DNA of 64,000 nucleotides, from positions 2,083,980-2,147,979 of the forward strand of contig NZ_CP195792.1 of the NCBI RefSeq assembly GCF_051466325.1. The letters run 5' to 3'. The DNA is from Planctomicrobium sp. SH664. Its GTDB lineage: Bacteria > Planctomycetota > Planctomycetia > Planctomycetales > Planctomycetaceae. The translations under genes and the position numbers were made by a program. The notes beneath the pieces are model-generated. The model had not been told where the DNA came from. It saw only the letters and a program-made list of their open reading frames with translations, and made no database searches. Numbering within the stretch: the stretch's first letter is position 1; each line of letters opens with the position of its first letter. Positions 1 through 10,523 of the stretch are shown piece by piece.

Positions 1-246
1 TTTTCTGACCGCAGTAATCGCTCCAGATTGCACGAATCGACGTGCACGCTGTTGCTCGACCGGCAGAATCGGCCGGAATCGCTGCCGGCGCCCCTTCCCG
101 CCGTCGGCGGGATTTGCAACGCAGTTTGCAAGTTTTGCACAGCGATTGAGGAGAGAAGCCCGATGCTGAGACTTCCCGCCCCCCGTCCCGCGGCGGCCGC
201 ATTCCGATCGGGAAGCTCCACACAAGGGGCTGTCCTCGTGCCGCTG

Positions 247-1683
247 TTATTTCGCTCCCAGATTGGTCGCCACCAGCGAGTAGACCCACGGGATCAGGTA
301 GTAGAGGCCGACTCCCACCGCTGCGAGAGCCGCGAGGTAGACAACAAGGCTCATCATTCCCAGAGTGTTGTTCAACATGTTGTGCAGCGCGCGCCAGATC
401 TTGCGCCGTTCGTACTGCTTGGCCAGTTTGTTGTATTCCGTTTTGAGGCTCTTCTCCTGCACGTGGGCATGCAGGCGGGTGAGCATTTTGCGGGCTTCTT
501 CATCAAATGCAGGAATCTGAGCCAGGGGGAGGAATGGTCCTTTGGCGTTCACGCTGGCCCTGGTTTTCTCGTCGAATTTGTCGTTCTTCATCGCGGTCAT
601 CACCTGCACCGCCGTCATCTTCATAATGCTCGGTTTCCCCTTGGCATCCGGAACCTGCACAAACCAGCTGGTCTCGAATTTCGACGTGGGTGCCGACTTG
701 GCGCCGGCTGGCGTGGTTCCGGACTTTTTCTGGGGAGCAAGGCCCGGCCGGGTCTGTCCCCCGATGATCGTCGAGGCGGCTTTGCGACGGACCACCACCC
801 GTTGATCGTCGGAAATGAACGTGAGCGCCTCCGATTCCAGCCCGAGGGACTCCAGGTCCTTGATGAAGTCGGCACAACTCTGGTAGCGATGCTGAGGATC
901 GGCGGCCATCGCCTTGTCGATCATCAGGTTCAATCGATCGGGGACTTCATTATTCAGACGCCGGGCGGGAGTAAACGTCCCCTTTTCCTTGTTGGTGATC
1001 AACTCCAGAATCGATCCGCCAGCGAAGGGGGTCTTGCCGGTGACGAAATGATACAGCGTGCACCCCAGTGCGTAGACATCGCAGCGCCGATCAACCCGCT
1101 TGGCATTCCGCGCCTGTTCGGGGGCCATGTAATGGGGCGTTCCCAGCCCTGTGCCGCTTTGAGTCAGCGACATGTCCTCGTCGTCGACCGCCTTCGCGAG
1201 GCCCAGGTCGGCGACCTTCACGACACCTTTCCTGGTGACGAGGATATTGTCCGGCTTGATATCGCGATGCACCATGTTCAGCTCATGCGCATAATGCAGT
1301 GCCTCGCCGCAGATGATCGTCACCAGCAGTGCATCCGGGAGGGGAATCTTTCCCAGCTGATTCAGCCAATCCTGCATGCTTTTGCCGTCGATCAGCTCCA
1401 TCGCGACATAGTGATTCCCTTTGTGTTCACTGACGGCATAACAGCTCACCACATTGGGGTGGGCGATTTTTGCCATCGAGCGGGCTTCACGAATAAAGCG
1501 ATCCACAAAGCCCGGTTTGGCTGCAATTTCCCGAGCCATGACCTTCACAGCGCAGTCGCGGTCGAGGCTGATCTGGTGCGCGAGATACACGACACCCATC
1601 CCCCCTTTACCCAGCTGACGTTTTAGCTCGAAGTCACCCAGTGTAACCGTTTTCTTCGCGGCATCAGTGTTCTCGCCAGCCAT
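247..1683 (-). CDS. Serine/threonine protein kinase with C-terminal transmembrane anchor
   Basis: Carries Hanks kinase motifs: GKGGMGVVY glycine loop, the VAVK lysine, HRDIKPDN catalytic loop, DLGLA and APE. A C-terminal hydrophobic helix follows. The start was moved to the internal ATG (MAGENTD) of ORF 247..1824. Confidence 0.85.
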   Translation of the reverse strand: MAGENTDAAKKTVTLGDFELKRQLGKGGMGVVYLAHQISLDRDCAVKVMAREIAAKPGFVDRFIREARSMAKIAHPNVVSCYAVSEHKGNHYVAMELIDGKSMQDWLNQLGKIPLPDALLVTIICGEALHYAHELNMVHRDIKPDNILVTRKGVVKVADLGLAKAVDDEDMSLTQSGTGLGTPHYMAPEQARNAKRVDRRCDVYALGCTLYHFVTGKTPFAGGSILELITNKEKGTFTPARRLNNEVPDRLNLMIDKAMAADPQHRYQSCADFIKDLESLGLESEALTFISDDQRVVVRRKAASTIIGGQTRPGLAPQKKSGTTPAGAKSAPTSKFETSWFVQVPDAKGKPSIMKMTAVQVMTAMKNDKFDEKTRASVNAKGPFLPLAQIPAFDEEARKMLTRLHAHVQEKSLKTEYNKLAKQYERRKIWRALHNMLNNTLGMMSLVVYLAALAAVGVGLYYLIPWVYSLVATNLGAK

Positions 1684-1931
1684 CGAATCGCCCCTTGGAT
1701 TGGTGTCGCCCGAACGAAATGGAGAGAAATGAAAGCAGCGACACGACTGTGAGTGGAACCGGCGATGACCCGGAAATCGGTCGAACGACCGCGGCAGAAG
1801 GTCCTCCGATTCAATCGCTGGCAATTATGTCCGGAGATATCAGCGGATGCCAATGAATCCGGAAATTTGATCGGTCTCCAGGCGTTGACGCGGCTTGACC
1901 GGACTGCGGTTCGCCCGCACAATCGCAGAAC

Positions 1932-3500
1932 ATGCTGACACGACGCACACTCACGCTGGTGATTCTGCTGATTGTCCCGCTCGTGGTGTATCTCGGGCTG
2001 GGAGCTTACGCGCTCTGGCAGACGGGCCTGTTTCTGCAGACGTTCTGGATTCTGCCTGCGTTCTGGATCCTGACCTGGTTCGTTTCCATGCTCTGGGTGC
2101 AGGACAAACCGCTCCATGTGCTGGAATCGCCGTTACCGCCGCGGCACTTTACCCGTCGCGATGAAGAGGCCCTGCAGATCGTTCGGCGCTACCAGCAGCG
2201 CGTCGATGAACTCAATCCTGATCAGCTGACCGACTATCAGTTCTACGCCGATCTTTCGCAGGAGCTGGCGCAGGAACTCGCCCGGCATTACCATCCCCGG
2301 TCGACCGACCCGGTCTCGAATCTGACCGTTCTTGAAGTTCTGGCTGCGGCCCGGCTGGCGCTCGACGACCTGGAAAGCTGGATGCTGGATTCCATGCCCG
2401 GAAGCCAGCTCGTCACCATTCGACAGTGGCGCTGGCTGCGACACGCTCCCAAGTGGGTCCGGCGCATCCAGAACACCGCCTGGGCTGCGGGGATGCTGAT
2501 CAACCCGGCGAACGTGCTGAAATATTTTACCTCGCAGATGACGGTCGGCCCGATCGCCGAAGAGGTGCAGACGGAGCTGCTGGCTGCGATTTACCTCCGT
2601 TTTGTTCGCCAGGTCGGCTTCTATCTGATCGAAATGAACAGCGGCCGTCTGCGGGGGGGAGCGGACCGTTATCGTCAGACCTTTGGCCAGGGGCTGGATG
2701 CCTACGGCCAGACACGCTCCCTGCCGCCGCAACTGGCTCCTGAATCATTGACGGTCGTCCTTGTGGGGCAAGTCAAGGCGGGGAAATCGAGTCTGGTCAA
2801 CGCCCTGATCGGCCAGAAGGTGGCGAGTTCCGATGTTCTTCCCGAAACTCGTCACGTGGCGCGGTACCGTGTGCAGGTCCCCGAGACGGAGGTCCAGCTG
2901 ACACTCCTCGACACGCCCGGTTACGCCGATGCCGGCGCGACCCGCGAACAGATGCAGGAGGTGCAGCAGGCACTCCATGATGCCGACGTTGTCCTCCTCG
3001 TGCTCGATGCCCACTCTCCCGCCAAAGCCGCAGATCGGAAGGTAATGGATGACCTGAAGCGCTGGTATGACGGTCAGCATGCACTCAAGCCCTCACCGGT
3101 GGTGATCTGCCTGACACACATCGATCTCTTGAGTCCAGCGCTGGAATGGAACCCGCCCTACCAGTGGCAGGCTCCCCAGTCCCGGAAGGAGCATTCCATC
3201 CATGACGCTGTCGAGTACGTCCGCAGCCAGTTCTCGGATGTCACCCGAAGTGTCGTCCCGGTCTGTTCCGATGTAGAGCGGGGCCGGTCGAGCCGTGTGA
3301 TTGAGGATTTGTTCCCGGCGTTATTGTCCGTACTGAGCGAAGGGCAAATGGCTTCGCTGATCAGGACTTATCACGAGCAACTGGATCGCGAGCGATGGAA
3401 TTCCGTTCTCCGGCAACTCCGCAATAGCGGCAAAAATCTGCTGAGAGTCTGGGTCGAAGAGCGGCTCGGCGGCGACAGCCAACCCGATGGTCCTCCTTAG
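1932..3500 (+). CDS. Membrane-anchored P-loop GTPase (MMR_HSR1/YfjP-like GTP-binding domain)
   Basis: Two to three N-terminal transmembrane helices precede a GTPase domain in the C-terminal half. The G1 motif is GQVKAGKSSLVNAL and the G3 motif is LLDTPG. Confidence 0.7.
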   Translation: MLTRRTLTLVILLIVPLVVYLGLGAYALWQTGLFLQTFWILPAFWILTWFVSMLWVQDKPLHVLESPLPPRHFTRRDEEALQIVRRYQQRVDELNPDQLTDYQFYADLSQELAQELARHYHPRSTDPVSNLTVLEVLAAARLALDDLESWMLDSMPGSQLVTIRQWRWLRHAPKWVRRIQNTAWAAGMLINPANVLKYFTSQMTVGPIAEEVQTELLAAIYLRFVRQVGFYLIEMNSGRLRGGADRYRQTFGQGLDAYGQTRSLPPQLAPESLTVVLVGQVKAGKSSLVNALIGQKVASSDVLPETRHVARYRVQVPETEVQLTLLDTPGYADAGATREQMQEVQQALHDADVVLLVLDAHSPAKAADRKVMDDLKRWYDGQHALKPSPVVICLTHIDLLSPALEWNPPYQWQAPQSRKEHSIHDAVEYVRSQFSDVTRSVVPVCSDVERGRSSRVIEDLFPALLSVLSEGQMASLIRTYHEQLDRERWNSVLRQLRNSGKNLLRVWVEERLGGDSQPDGPP

Positions 3501-3864
3501 CGGGCGAATGCAGATAAAACGGCTCATCTTATTATGCAGGAATTGCTTGCGACGAATTCCCCGCAAAATCGCCTCTGAAATCGCATCGGCCTTCTCCAAT
3601 TTTTTCAGTCTTTCCCATCTTGCGTGCCTAGAATTGTTTAGGTCAAGAAGCCCGTTGGATTGGAAGGGGAATGACGACTCTTGGGGTTTTGACTGTACGA
3701 TGCATTCGCTAAACATCAACTTTTGAAAGTCCCTCCGAATCGCATCAACACAGACTGAATAGTTCGCATCCGAATGGTCGATGATTCCAGCATGAAGCCG
3801 GAATGACTGATTCGGGCCCGCCCTGAGATTCCTCCCCGCAAGGAAGTGGAGAAAGGAGCCCACC

Positions 3865-5205
3865 GTGTTAACGTTGCTCGGCAAGCAGATGTCGCTGTGC
3901 GACACGCTGGACCGCAGAGCCTTCCTGCGAATCGGCAGCCTGGCGATGGGTGGACTGACCCTTCCCCAGATGCTGCGTGCAGAACAGCAGCACGGGCTGA
4001 ACGGGCACGGCAAGGGGATCATCATGATCTACCTTCCCGGCGGCCCTCCACATCAGGATATGTGGGACATCAAGATGGACGCCCCCGCCGAAGTCCGGGG
4101 CGAATTCACTTCGATTCAGACCAAAGTTCCTGGCGTCGAAATCTGCGAACACTTTCCGCGTCTGGCGTCCTGCGCCGACAAAGTGACCTTTATCCGCTCG
4201 GTTGTCGGCGCAACTGGACAGCACTACGCCTTTCAATGCCTGACCGGCCAGGACAATCGGAATCAGCCTCCCGGTGGCTGGCCGGCTCTGGGGTCTGTGC
4301 TCTCCAAGGTGCAGGGCGCTCGCGATCCGGCGCTCCCGGCCTACGTGGGGCTCTCCCCGAAGATGGGATTCATGCCCTGGGCCGATAACGGCTCCCCAGG
4401 GTTTCTCGGACTGGCCCATGCACCATTTACCCCCGCGGGAGACGGGAAAGAAGATCTCGTTCTCAATGGCATTACACTCGACCGGCTGAAGAACCGGCAG
4501 CAGGTGCTGGGGGCGTTTGATCGCTTTCGATCCTCGGTCGATCAGTCCGGCATGATGCGGGGGCTCGATGCCTTCAACCAGCAGGCCTTCGGCATCCTGA
4601 CATCGAGCAAGCTCGCCGATGCTCTCAACCTCGAAGCCGAGCCGCGAGAACTGCGTGATCGTTACGGTTACGGAGAGGATCGCCTGCAGGAAGACGGCAG
4701 CACCCGGCTGCTGACCAACTTTCTCCTCGCTCGTCGCCTGATTGAAGCCGGGGTGCGCTGTGTCTCGCTCTCCTTCAGCCGCTGGGACTGGCATTACAAC
4801 AACTTCGTTCACGCCCGCCAGGACTTCCCGATGCTCGATCAGGCGGTCAGTGCCCTGATTGAGGATTTGGACCACCGCGGGTTGCTGGATGACGTTTCCG
4901 TCGTCGTGTGGGGCGAGTTCGGTCGAACCCCCAAAATCAACGTCAACGCCGGACGGGACCACTGGCCGCAGGTCTCCTGTGCGATGCTCGCCGGGGGAGG
5001 AATGCGGCACGGACAGGTGATCGGTGCCACAAACCGTCTCGGAGAAACGGTGACCGAACGGCCCGTCCATTTTCAGGAGATCTTCGCGACGCTCTACAAG
5101 TCGCTGGGGATCGACACCGATCAGTTGACTCTCCCGGACCTGCAGGGTCGACCGCGATTTCTGGTCGACCAGAACAAATATCGCCCCATGCCTGAGTTGA
5201 TCTGA
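3865..5205 (+). CDS. DUF1501 domain protein (sulfatase-like, TAT signal)
   Basis: N-terminal twin-arginine motif [17 protein letters not shown]1501-typical motifs [17 protein letters not shown] and WDWH...GRDHW. No DUF1549/DUF1553 partner is adjacent. Confidence 0.85.
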   Translation: MLTLLGKQMSLCDTLDRRAFLRIGSLAMGGLTLPQMLRAEQQHGLNGHGKGIIMIYLPGGPPHQDMWDIKMDAPAEVRGEFTSIQTKVPGVEICEHFPRLASCADKVTFIRSVVGATGQHYAFQCLTGQDNRNQPPGGWPALGSVLSKVQGARDPALPAYVGLSPKMGFMPWADNGSPGFLGLAHAPFTPAGDGKEDLVLNGITLDRLKNRQQVLGAFDRFRSSVDQSGMMRGLDAFNQQAFGILTSSKLADALNLEAEPRELRDRYGYGEDRLQEDGSTRLLTNFLLARRLIEAGVRCVSLSFSRWDWHYNNFVHARQDFPMLDQAVSALIEDLDHRGLLDDVSVVVWGEFGRTPKINVNAGRDHWPQVSCAMLAGGGMRHGQVIGATNRLGETVTERPVHFQEIFATLYKSLGIDTDQLTLPDLQGRPRFLVDQNKYRPMPELI

Positions 5206-5922
5206 GTGATCCTGTCGAAGCAGGTCCACTTCTTCGGACTCGTTCCGGGAAGCGATCTCCATGCGGCCGCTGCCGGTTCCCCGGCAAGCTTCAGCCCGTA
5301 CGGTCGACAGCCTCCGGATGCCGGGAGTCTCTTTCCACATGGACTCCCAGGCGACGTCGCGGCGAGATGCCCGTTGCCGACCGACGCCGCCTCCTGTCGG
5401 CAGCTTCTCTTGAGAACACGGAGGACGACACTGCAAAGCAATCGCGACGACTTCGGCCAATGGATTCGCGAAGTCTCGGGCGGCGTCCTTTGTGTCGATC
5501 CGCAAGGATGTCATCAGGCCATTGAGAACATGGTGAGTTTCGGCTTCGGGGAAGTCCCCTGCACTCTGACGAGCGACGACATCTCCTGGCTGCTCTGTCG
5601 CCTGAAGGAGTTGAGACGGCAGCAAATCAGGGAGCTCAATCTGGGTGCGATGGTCTTCTACGCGTGGCTCGACGAACAGTCCGGGACATTACGGACCAGC
5701 CTCATCACGGGAGACGAAACTGCGAAACTCCCTTTCGGGTGCCCAATCCGCTGTCACACCGATCTGACCCTCACAGCCGATGAGGTCGTGGGCTGCCCGT
5801 ATCTCAAGGGAATTCCATACTCGGAACTCGAAGAGGTCGGTCCGGATGAATTGCCAGAGATCGGGCCGCCCCTAAATGTGTATGTCGAAGTTCTGAACGC
5901 TGACGGCCCCGGCGCTGCTTGA
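5206..5922 (+). CDS. Hypothetical protein
   Basis: A 238-aa ORF with strong GC bias at third codon positions along its whole length. Its GTG start directly abuts the TGA stop of the upstream DUF1501 gene. No recognisable domain. Confidence 0.4.
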   Translation: MILSKQVHFFGLVPGSDLHAAAAGSPASFSPYGRQPPDAGSLFPHGLPGDVAARCPLPTDAASCRQLLLRTRRTTLQSNRDDFGQWIREVSGGVLCVDPQGCHQAIENMVSFGFGEVPCTLTSDDISWLLCRLKELRRQQIRELNLGAMVFYAWLDEQSGTLRTSLITGDETAKLPFGCPIRCHTDLTLTADEVVGCPYLKGIPYSELEEVGPDELPEIGPPLNVYVEVLNADGPGAA

Positions 5923-6148
5923 GAACATCTCAGATCGCGTGGAAGTAACCGCGTGACTCGATCGCAGTTGAGAACTCGCTTTGGCGCTGGTTCTGGATTG
6001 AGCATTGACGGATTCGGTCTGCAGGGCGGCCCTATTCGGATCGGTAGACAGCCTGTTGAATAATATATATGTTGTCGATAACTCGTGTGGAGTTTTGTCT
6101 CACCGGCTGCGGCGTCCACTGCTGCCGCCCCCACATAGGACGTCGGCC

Positions 6149-7495
6149 ATGCGCTGCACCTGCTCTCCATTGCCCCTTTCGCGCGCTGCGGCGATTCTGG
6201 CGGGCCTGCTGGCTTGCTCTTTGAATTCGCATGTCATCGCCCAGCTCCCCGCAGCTGTGAACCCTTCACCTGCCGCCAACCGTCAGTCGACGCTCCCGAT
6301 CAAGCCCGGTCCGGACTACGGGAGAGTTCTCGTTCCGACCGTGGCGACCGATCTGCAGTTCATCGCGAACACTTTCGAGAATGCCTCTCCGTTGTGGTAC
6401 GAAATCGACGGGGAGGGGAACATTCAGCTCTATTTCGTGTACGACCACGAATATGCCGCTCCCAACCGGGCGATGCTGCATTTTCACTTTCGCGTGCATG
6501 CGAAGCCGGGGTCGACGCTGAACCTCGATGTGAACAATCTGAACAACGTCTGGAACGGTCTGAACTCGATGGTGGGGGACGCGACGAAATCCTTTGTGAC
6601 ATCGGCCGACGGCATCCACTGGGAACCGCATCGCACTCAAAGCCTGCCGGGAAACCGGGTCCGTCTGCAGATCACCATGCCGGGGCCGATTCTCTATATC
6701 GCCCGCATCGAACCCTATCGCCTTTCCGATCTCGACAAGTTACTGACGTCGATTGCCGGGCATCCTCTGGTCGAAATCAAAAATATCGGGAAGACGGTCG
6801 ACAATCGTCCGCTGGAGATTGTCCGGGTTGGCAAAGAGGATGCTCCTTATCGCATCTTCCTGCGTGCCCGGGCTCATCCCTGGGAGTCGGGAGGGAGCTG
6901 GGTCGTGGAAGGTCTCATTCAACGACTCCTGAAAGGCGATGATGACGCCCGGAAATTTCTGGAACGCTACTGCGTCTACATCATGCCGATGGCCAACAAG
7001 GATGGGGTCGTGCTCGGGCGCAGCCGTTTCAACGGAATGGGACGGGACCTCAACCGGAACTGGGAAGAACCGGCAAATGCGGAACTTGCTCCCGAGAACT
7101 ATGCGCTGGAACAATGGCTGGAAGAGATGATCCGCAACGGTAAGAAGCCGCATCTGGCGATCGAGCTGCACAACGATGGCAACGGGAAACTGCACTTCTC
7201 CAAGCCTGATATTCCGGAAGTCGAGCGGTATCTGCAGCGGATGAAAACTCTCGAAGGGCTGCTGGTGGTGCATACCTGGTTCCGGGAAGGTTCGATCATG
7301 CCGAATGCTTATACCAATTCCGGAACACTTGGCGGGGGGTGGCTCTCCCGATACGGGATCGACGGGCTCGTTCACGAACTCAATTGCAATTGGATTGCCG
7401 GACTGGAAGATTTTCCCTCAGCTGAGCACTGGAAGGATTACGGGGGCGATCTGGCCACAGTCTTCTACGAGTATCTCGCTGCGACCAAGCCGTGA
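6149..7495 (+). CDS. M14 family zinc carboxypeptidase (secreted)
   Basis: Signal peptide AAAILAGLLACSLNSHVIAQ. HPWES (HxxE zinc ligands) and NRNW motifs typical of M14 peptidases. The start was taken at the internal ATG. Confidence 0.75.
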   Translation: MRCTCSPLPLSRAAAILAGLLACSLNSHVIAQLPAAVNPSPAANRQSTLPIKPGPDYGRVLVPTVATDLQFIANTFENASPLWYEIDGEGNIQLYFVYDHEYAAPNRAMLHFHFRVHAKPGSTLNLDVNNLNNVWNGLNSMVGDATKSFVTSADGIHWEPHRTQSLPGNRVRLQITMPGPILYIARIEPYRLSDLDKLLTSIAGHPLVEIKNIGKTVDNRPLEIVRVGKEDAPYRIFLRARAHPWESGGSWVVEGLIQRLLKGDDDARKFLERYCVYIMPMANKDGVVLGRSRFNGMGRDLNRNWEEPANAELAPENYALEQWLEEMIRNGKKPHLAIELHNDGNGKLHFSKPDIPEVERYLQRMKTLEGLLVVHTWFREGSIMPNAYTNSGTLGGGWLSRYGIDGLVHELNCNWIAGLEDFPSAEHWKDYGGDLATVFYEYLAATKP

Positions 7496-7603
7496 AATTC
7501 CGCAGAAATCCCGCCCGTTACGCAACTCTGCCTGAACCTGATACCATCGGGGCTAGATGCGGGCAGCGAACGGATCGCTGTCGGCTTTCCGGAATCGCGC
7601 GGG

Positions 7604-9061
7604 ATGAGGTTGATGGCAGTCGAGCTGCAGAATTCGTTGCGGGATGCACTCTCACAGATTGTTGGTGAAGAGGGGTTGTTGTCGGCTCTCGATGAGCGAA
7701 TGGTGTACGAGTGCGACGGCTACGTCGTCGAGAAGCGCGTGCCCGACCTCGTCGTGTTCCCGCGAACGACGCAGCAGATTTCCGACATCGTCCGGGTCTG
7801 CCGGAAATTCGATGTTCCGTTCGTCCCCCGGGGAGCCGGAACCAGCCTCGCCGGCGGGACTCTTTCCGTCGGGGGTGGGGTGATGATCTGCACCACGCGG
7901 ATGAAGAACGTGCTGGAGATCAATACTCGCGACCGTTACGCCGTGGTCGAACCGGGGATGATCAATCTGCATCTGACCCAGAAACTGAAAGGGACGGGCT
8001 TTCACTTCGCCCCCGACCCCTCTTCGCAGGGAGCCTGCACAATCGGCGGCAACGTGGCCACGAACTCCGGGGGACCTCACACCCTGAAATACGGTGTGAC
8101 AGTCAACCACGTGCTCGGAGTCGAAGTCGTGCTGCCCGATGGAGAGGTCGTTCAGTTCGGCGGCCCCTGCCAGGAGCCGTCGGGCTATGATCTGACCGGG
8201 TTGTTTGTCGGCAGCGAAGGCACCTTCGGGATCGTTTCCAAAATCTGGGTCAGACTCACCCGCGATGCTGTTGGCGTGCGAACCATGCTGGCCGTTTTCG
8301 AAACGGTGCAGGCTGCCACCGAAGCGATCAGCGGCATTATCGGCGCTGGTATTGTTCCCGCCGCACTGGAGATGATGGACCAGGGGATCATCGGTGCTCT
8401 CGAGGAAGCCTTCCACTTCGGATTCCCGCTCGATGCCGGTGCCGTGCTGCTGATCGAAGTCGACGGACTCGAAGTGGCGATGGACGCCGAAGGGGCACAG
8501 GTGATCGAAATCTGTGAGCAGCATCACGCTCGGGAGGTGCGTCGTTCCCGTACGGCGGAAGAGCGGATCCTGCTGTGGAAATGTCGCAAGCAGGCGTTCG
8601 GAGCGATCGGGCGACTGGCCCCCAGCTGCTGCACGCAGGATGGGGTTGTTCCGCGGACCCGCCTGCCCGAGATTCTGCAGGCGATTGAGGAGACCAGCCG
8701 ACGACATCACATTCGCATCGTCAACGTTTTTCATGCGGGCGATGGAAACATTCACCCGGTGCTGCTGTTTGATGAGCGCGATGGAGAGCAAGTGAAGCGG
8801 GTCATCGCGGCGGGAGATGAGATTCTGCTGAAGTGCATTGAACTGGGAGGGAGCGTGACCGGAGAACATGGAATCGGCGTGGAGAAGATCAACCTGATGA
8901 ACAGGCTGTTCACCGATTCGGATCTGGCGGTCATGGCCGACATCCGGCAGGTCTTCAACCCCGAGGGGCGATGCAATCCGAAGAAGCTTCTGCCGACAGC
9001 GGGAGCGTGTGGCATGGAACATATCGAGCGCTCCGGAACCGCTCGCCGCGCCGCCCTGTAA
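7604..9061 (+). CDS. FAD-binding oxidase (glycolate oxidase subunit GlcD / D-lactate dehydrogenase family)
   Basis: FAD_binding_4 signature VVFPRTTQQISDIVRVCRKFDVPFVPRGAGTSLAGG followed by the C-terminal FAD-oxidase domain. Confidence 0.85.
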   Translation: MRLMAVELQNSLRDALSQIVGEEGLLSALDERMVYECDGYVVEKRVPDLVVFPRTTQQISDIVRVCRKFDVPFVPRGAGTSLAGGTLSVGGGVMICTTRMKNVLEINTRDRYAVVEPGMINLHLTQKLKGTGFHFAPDPSSQGACTIGGNVATNSGGPHTLKYGVTVNHVLGVEVVLPDGEVVQFGGPCQEPSGYDLTGLFVGSEGTFGIVSKIWVRLTRDAVGVRTMLAVFETVQAATEAISGIIGAGIVPAALEMMDQGIIGALEEAFHFGFPLDAGAVLLIEVDGLEVAMDAEGAQVIEICEQHHAREVRRSRTAEERILLWKCRKQAFGAIGRLAPSCCTQDGVVPRTRLPEILQAIEETSRRHHIRIVNVFHAGDGNIHPVLLFDERDGEQVKRVIAAGDEILLKCIELGGSVTGEHGIGVEKINLMNRLFTDSDLAVMADIRQVFNPEGRCNPKKLLPTAGACGMEHIERSGTARRAAL

Positions 9062-9103
9062 TTATGGCGTCCACGCGCGGATCGGCGCATCTCCCGTAGC
9101 GTG

Positions 9104-10315
9104 TCACTGGTCGCTGACCAGCCCTTCCATCTGCACGACTTCAAAATCGCCGCCGTGGACCTTCTTCAAGGTGCGCAGGGCATCGTCATTCCAGCGCGGG
9201 TCGGGTGCTCCGGAGATAAACCAGTCGCTTCCATTGTCGGCGAGAAACATTCCGTATTTCTTCAGGGCGGTGAGTACGACCTGGGCTTCCGGCGGGAATG
9301 GAGTCAGATCGAAATCCTTTTTCAGGCGGACCCGCATTCCCAGCGGCGGCAATGAAGGGTCGGTGTGCCGACTGGCCCAGTGCCGGGCCGGGGGGACATA
9401 GGCCCGACGTGTTTTCGCGACCGTAAAACGCAGCGCGTGTTTGATCTCCTTCTGTTCCACGATTTCGTCGTAACGGGCCAGTCCGGGAAAGATGGGAAGC
9501 CCCGCAGCGTCGGCGCTCGTCCAGCCTTCAGGGCGGAGGTCATTCGTTTTCAGGTCAAAAATGGCGCCGCACTCCGCCCGCCAGAGTCGGCCATTGGCAA
9601 TCGGAAAGGCCCGGAACAGTTCGTACAGCTTCCAGTCATCCCGGTCGATCACGAGGACGTGGCGGTCTCCATCGACGTTGGGATCTCCTTCGATCATGGC
9701 ATCACCGGGAATTGGATACGGACCAGGATCACTTTCATCCCCATAGGCCGTGTAGGCAATAGGGGCCTTGGGCTGTGTGCCGGAAACCACGACATAAGGG
9801 ATGCCGATGGGGGCACCGTTCCATTCTCCCGAACCGAAGTCGGGGTGGACGTTCTTGTCCCGGCCGATTTTGTTGATGATCACATCGGACATCGGGTCGA
9901 CCGGCAGATGGTCGATGGGCTGATTCCAGGGGTTGTCGGGAGGGAAGGGGAGCTTGCCTCCGAGCGAGGCGCCGTGCCCCAGATGGACCACGTCCTTTTC
10001 GTAGGGCTTCGGAAGTGGGAGCCTTGCCTGTACGGTATCCGCATCTTTGGGGACCTGGACCGGAGTCTCCGGGATGGCAGACTGGGCAGAAATGGCAGGA
10101 TCGGTATTCGGCTTCAGGGGGCGTCCCTGATACAGTGCCGACGAACCGGCAAGCAAGCCTGATTCGTCCGCATCGGCCCCCTTCCGGTCGAGGACAATGA
10201 CCGTACCCAGTACGGCGGCGACAACCGCCGCTAAAGCCAATACATCAGCGTGCTTCAGCAACTTCCGCATTTTCGGAGACCCTGTCGAGGCGCAACCCGC
10301 GTCTACCTTCAACAT
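9104..10315 (-). CDS. Hypothetical membrane-anchored or secreted protein
   Basis: N-terminal hydrophobic segment ADVLALAAVVAAVLGTVIVL. GC3-rich ORF of 403 aa. No recognisable domain. The real start may be the internal M of MRKLLKH. Confidence 0.55.
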   Translation of the reverse strand: MLKVDAGCASTGSPKMRKLLKHADVLALAAVVAAVLGTVIVLDRKGADADESGLLAGSSALYQGRPLKPNTDPAISAQSAIPETPVQVPKDADTVQARLPLPKPYEKDVVHLGHGASLGGKLPFPPDNPWNQPIDHLPVDPMSDVIINKIGRDKNVHPDFGSGEWNGAPIGIPYVVVSGTQPKAPIAYTAYGDESDPGPYPIPGDAMIEGDPNVDGDRHVLVIDRDDWKLYELFRAFPIANGRLWRAECGAIFDLKTNDLRPEGWTSADAAGLPIFPGLARYDEIVEQKEIKHALRFTVAKTRRAYVPPARHWASRHTDPSLPPLGMRVRLKKDFDLTPFPPEAQVVLTALKKYGMFLADNGSDWFISGAPDPRWNDDALRTLKKVHGGDFEVVQMEGLVSDQ

Positions 10316-10523
10316 TTAGGTGCGAAATTGCCCCCAGGCAACACAGTTTCCCTGAATTGCCGGATTTCCCTCGTTGCACCGAGCCACAGAATGCAATTTC
10401 CGGAACGGTCGAACAGCGTGAATTCGTAAATTCGATCTCTTCTCATCCCAGGCAGGCGGGTAAACTTACGGGCCGGCAGCGATTGTTGCCGGCTCACCAG
10501 CACGGGCGCAGGGGTCTCCCCGC

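Noticed and set aside
3868-5625. 585-aa ORF on the minus strand
   Set aside because: It is antisense to the DUF1501 gene, which has clear family motifs and a TAT signal. It is a typical high-GC antisense artefact with no recognisable domains.
7652-9022. 456-aa minus-strand ORF
   Set aside because: It lies entirely antisense to the well-supported glcD-like FAD oxidase gene and has a low-complexity composition rich in R, P and G.
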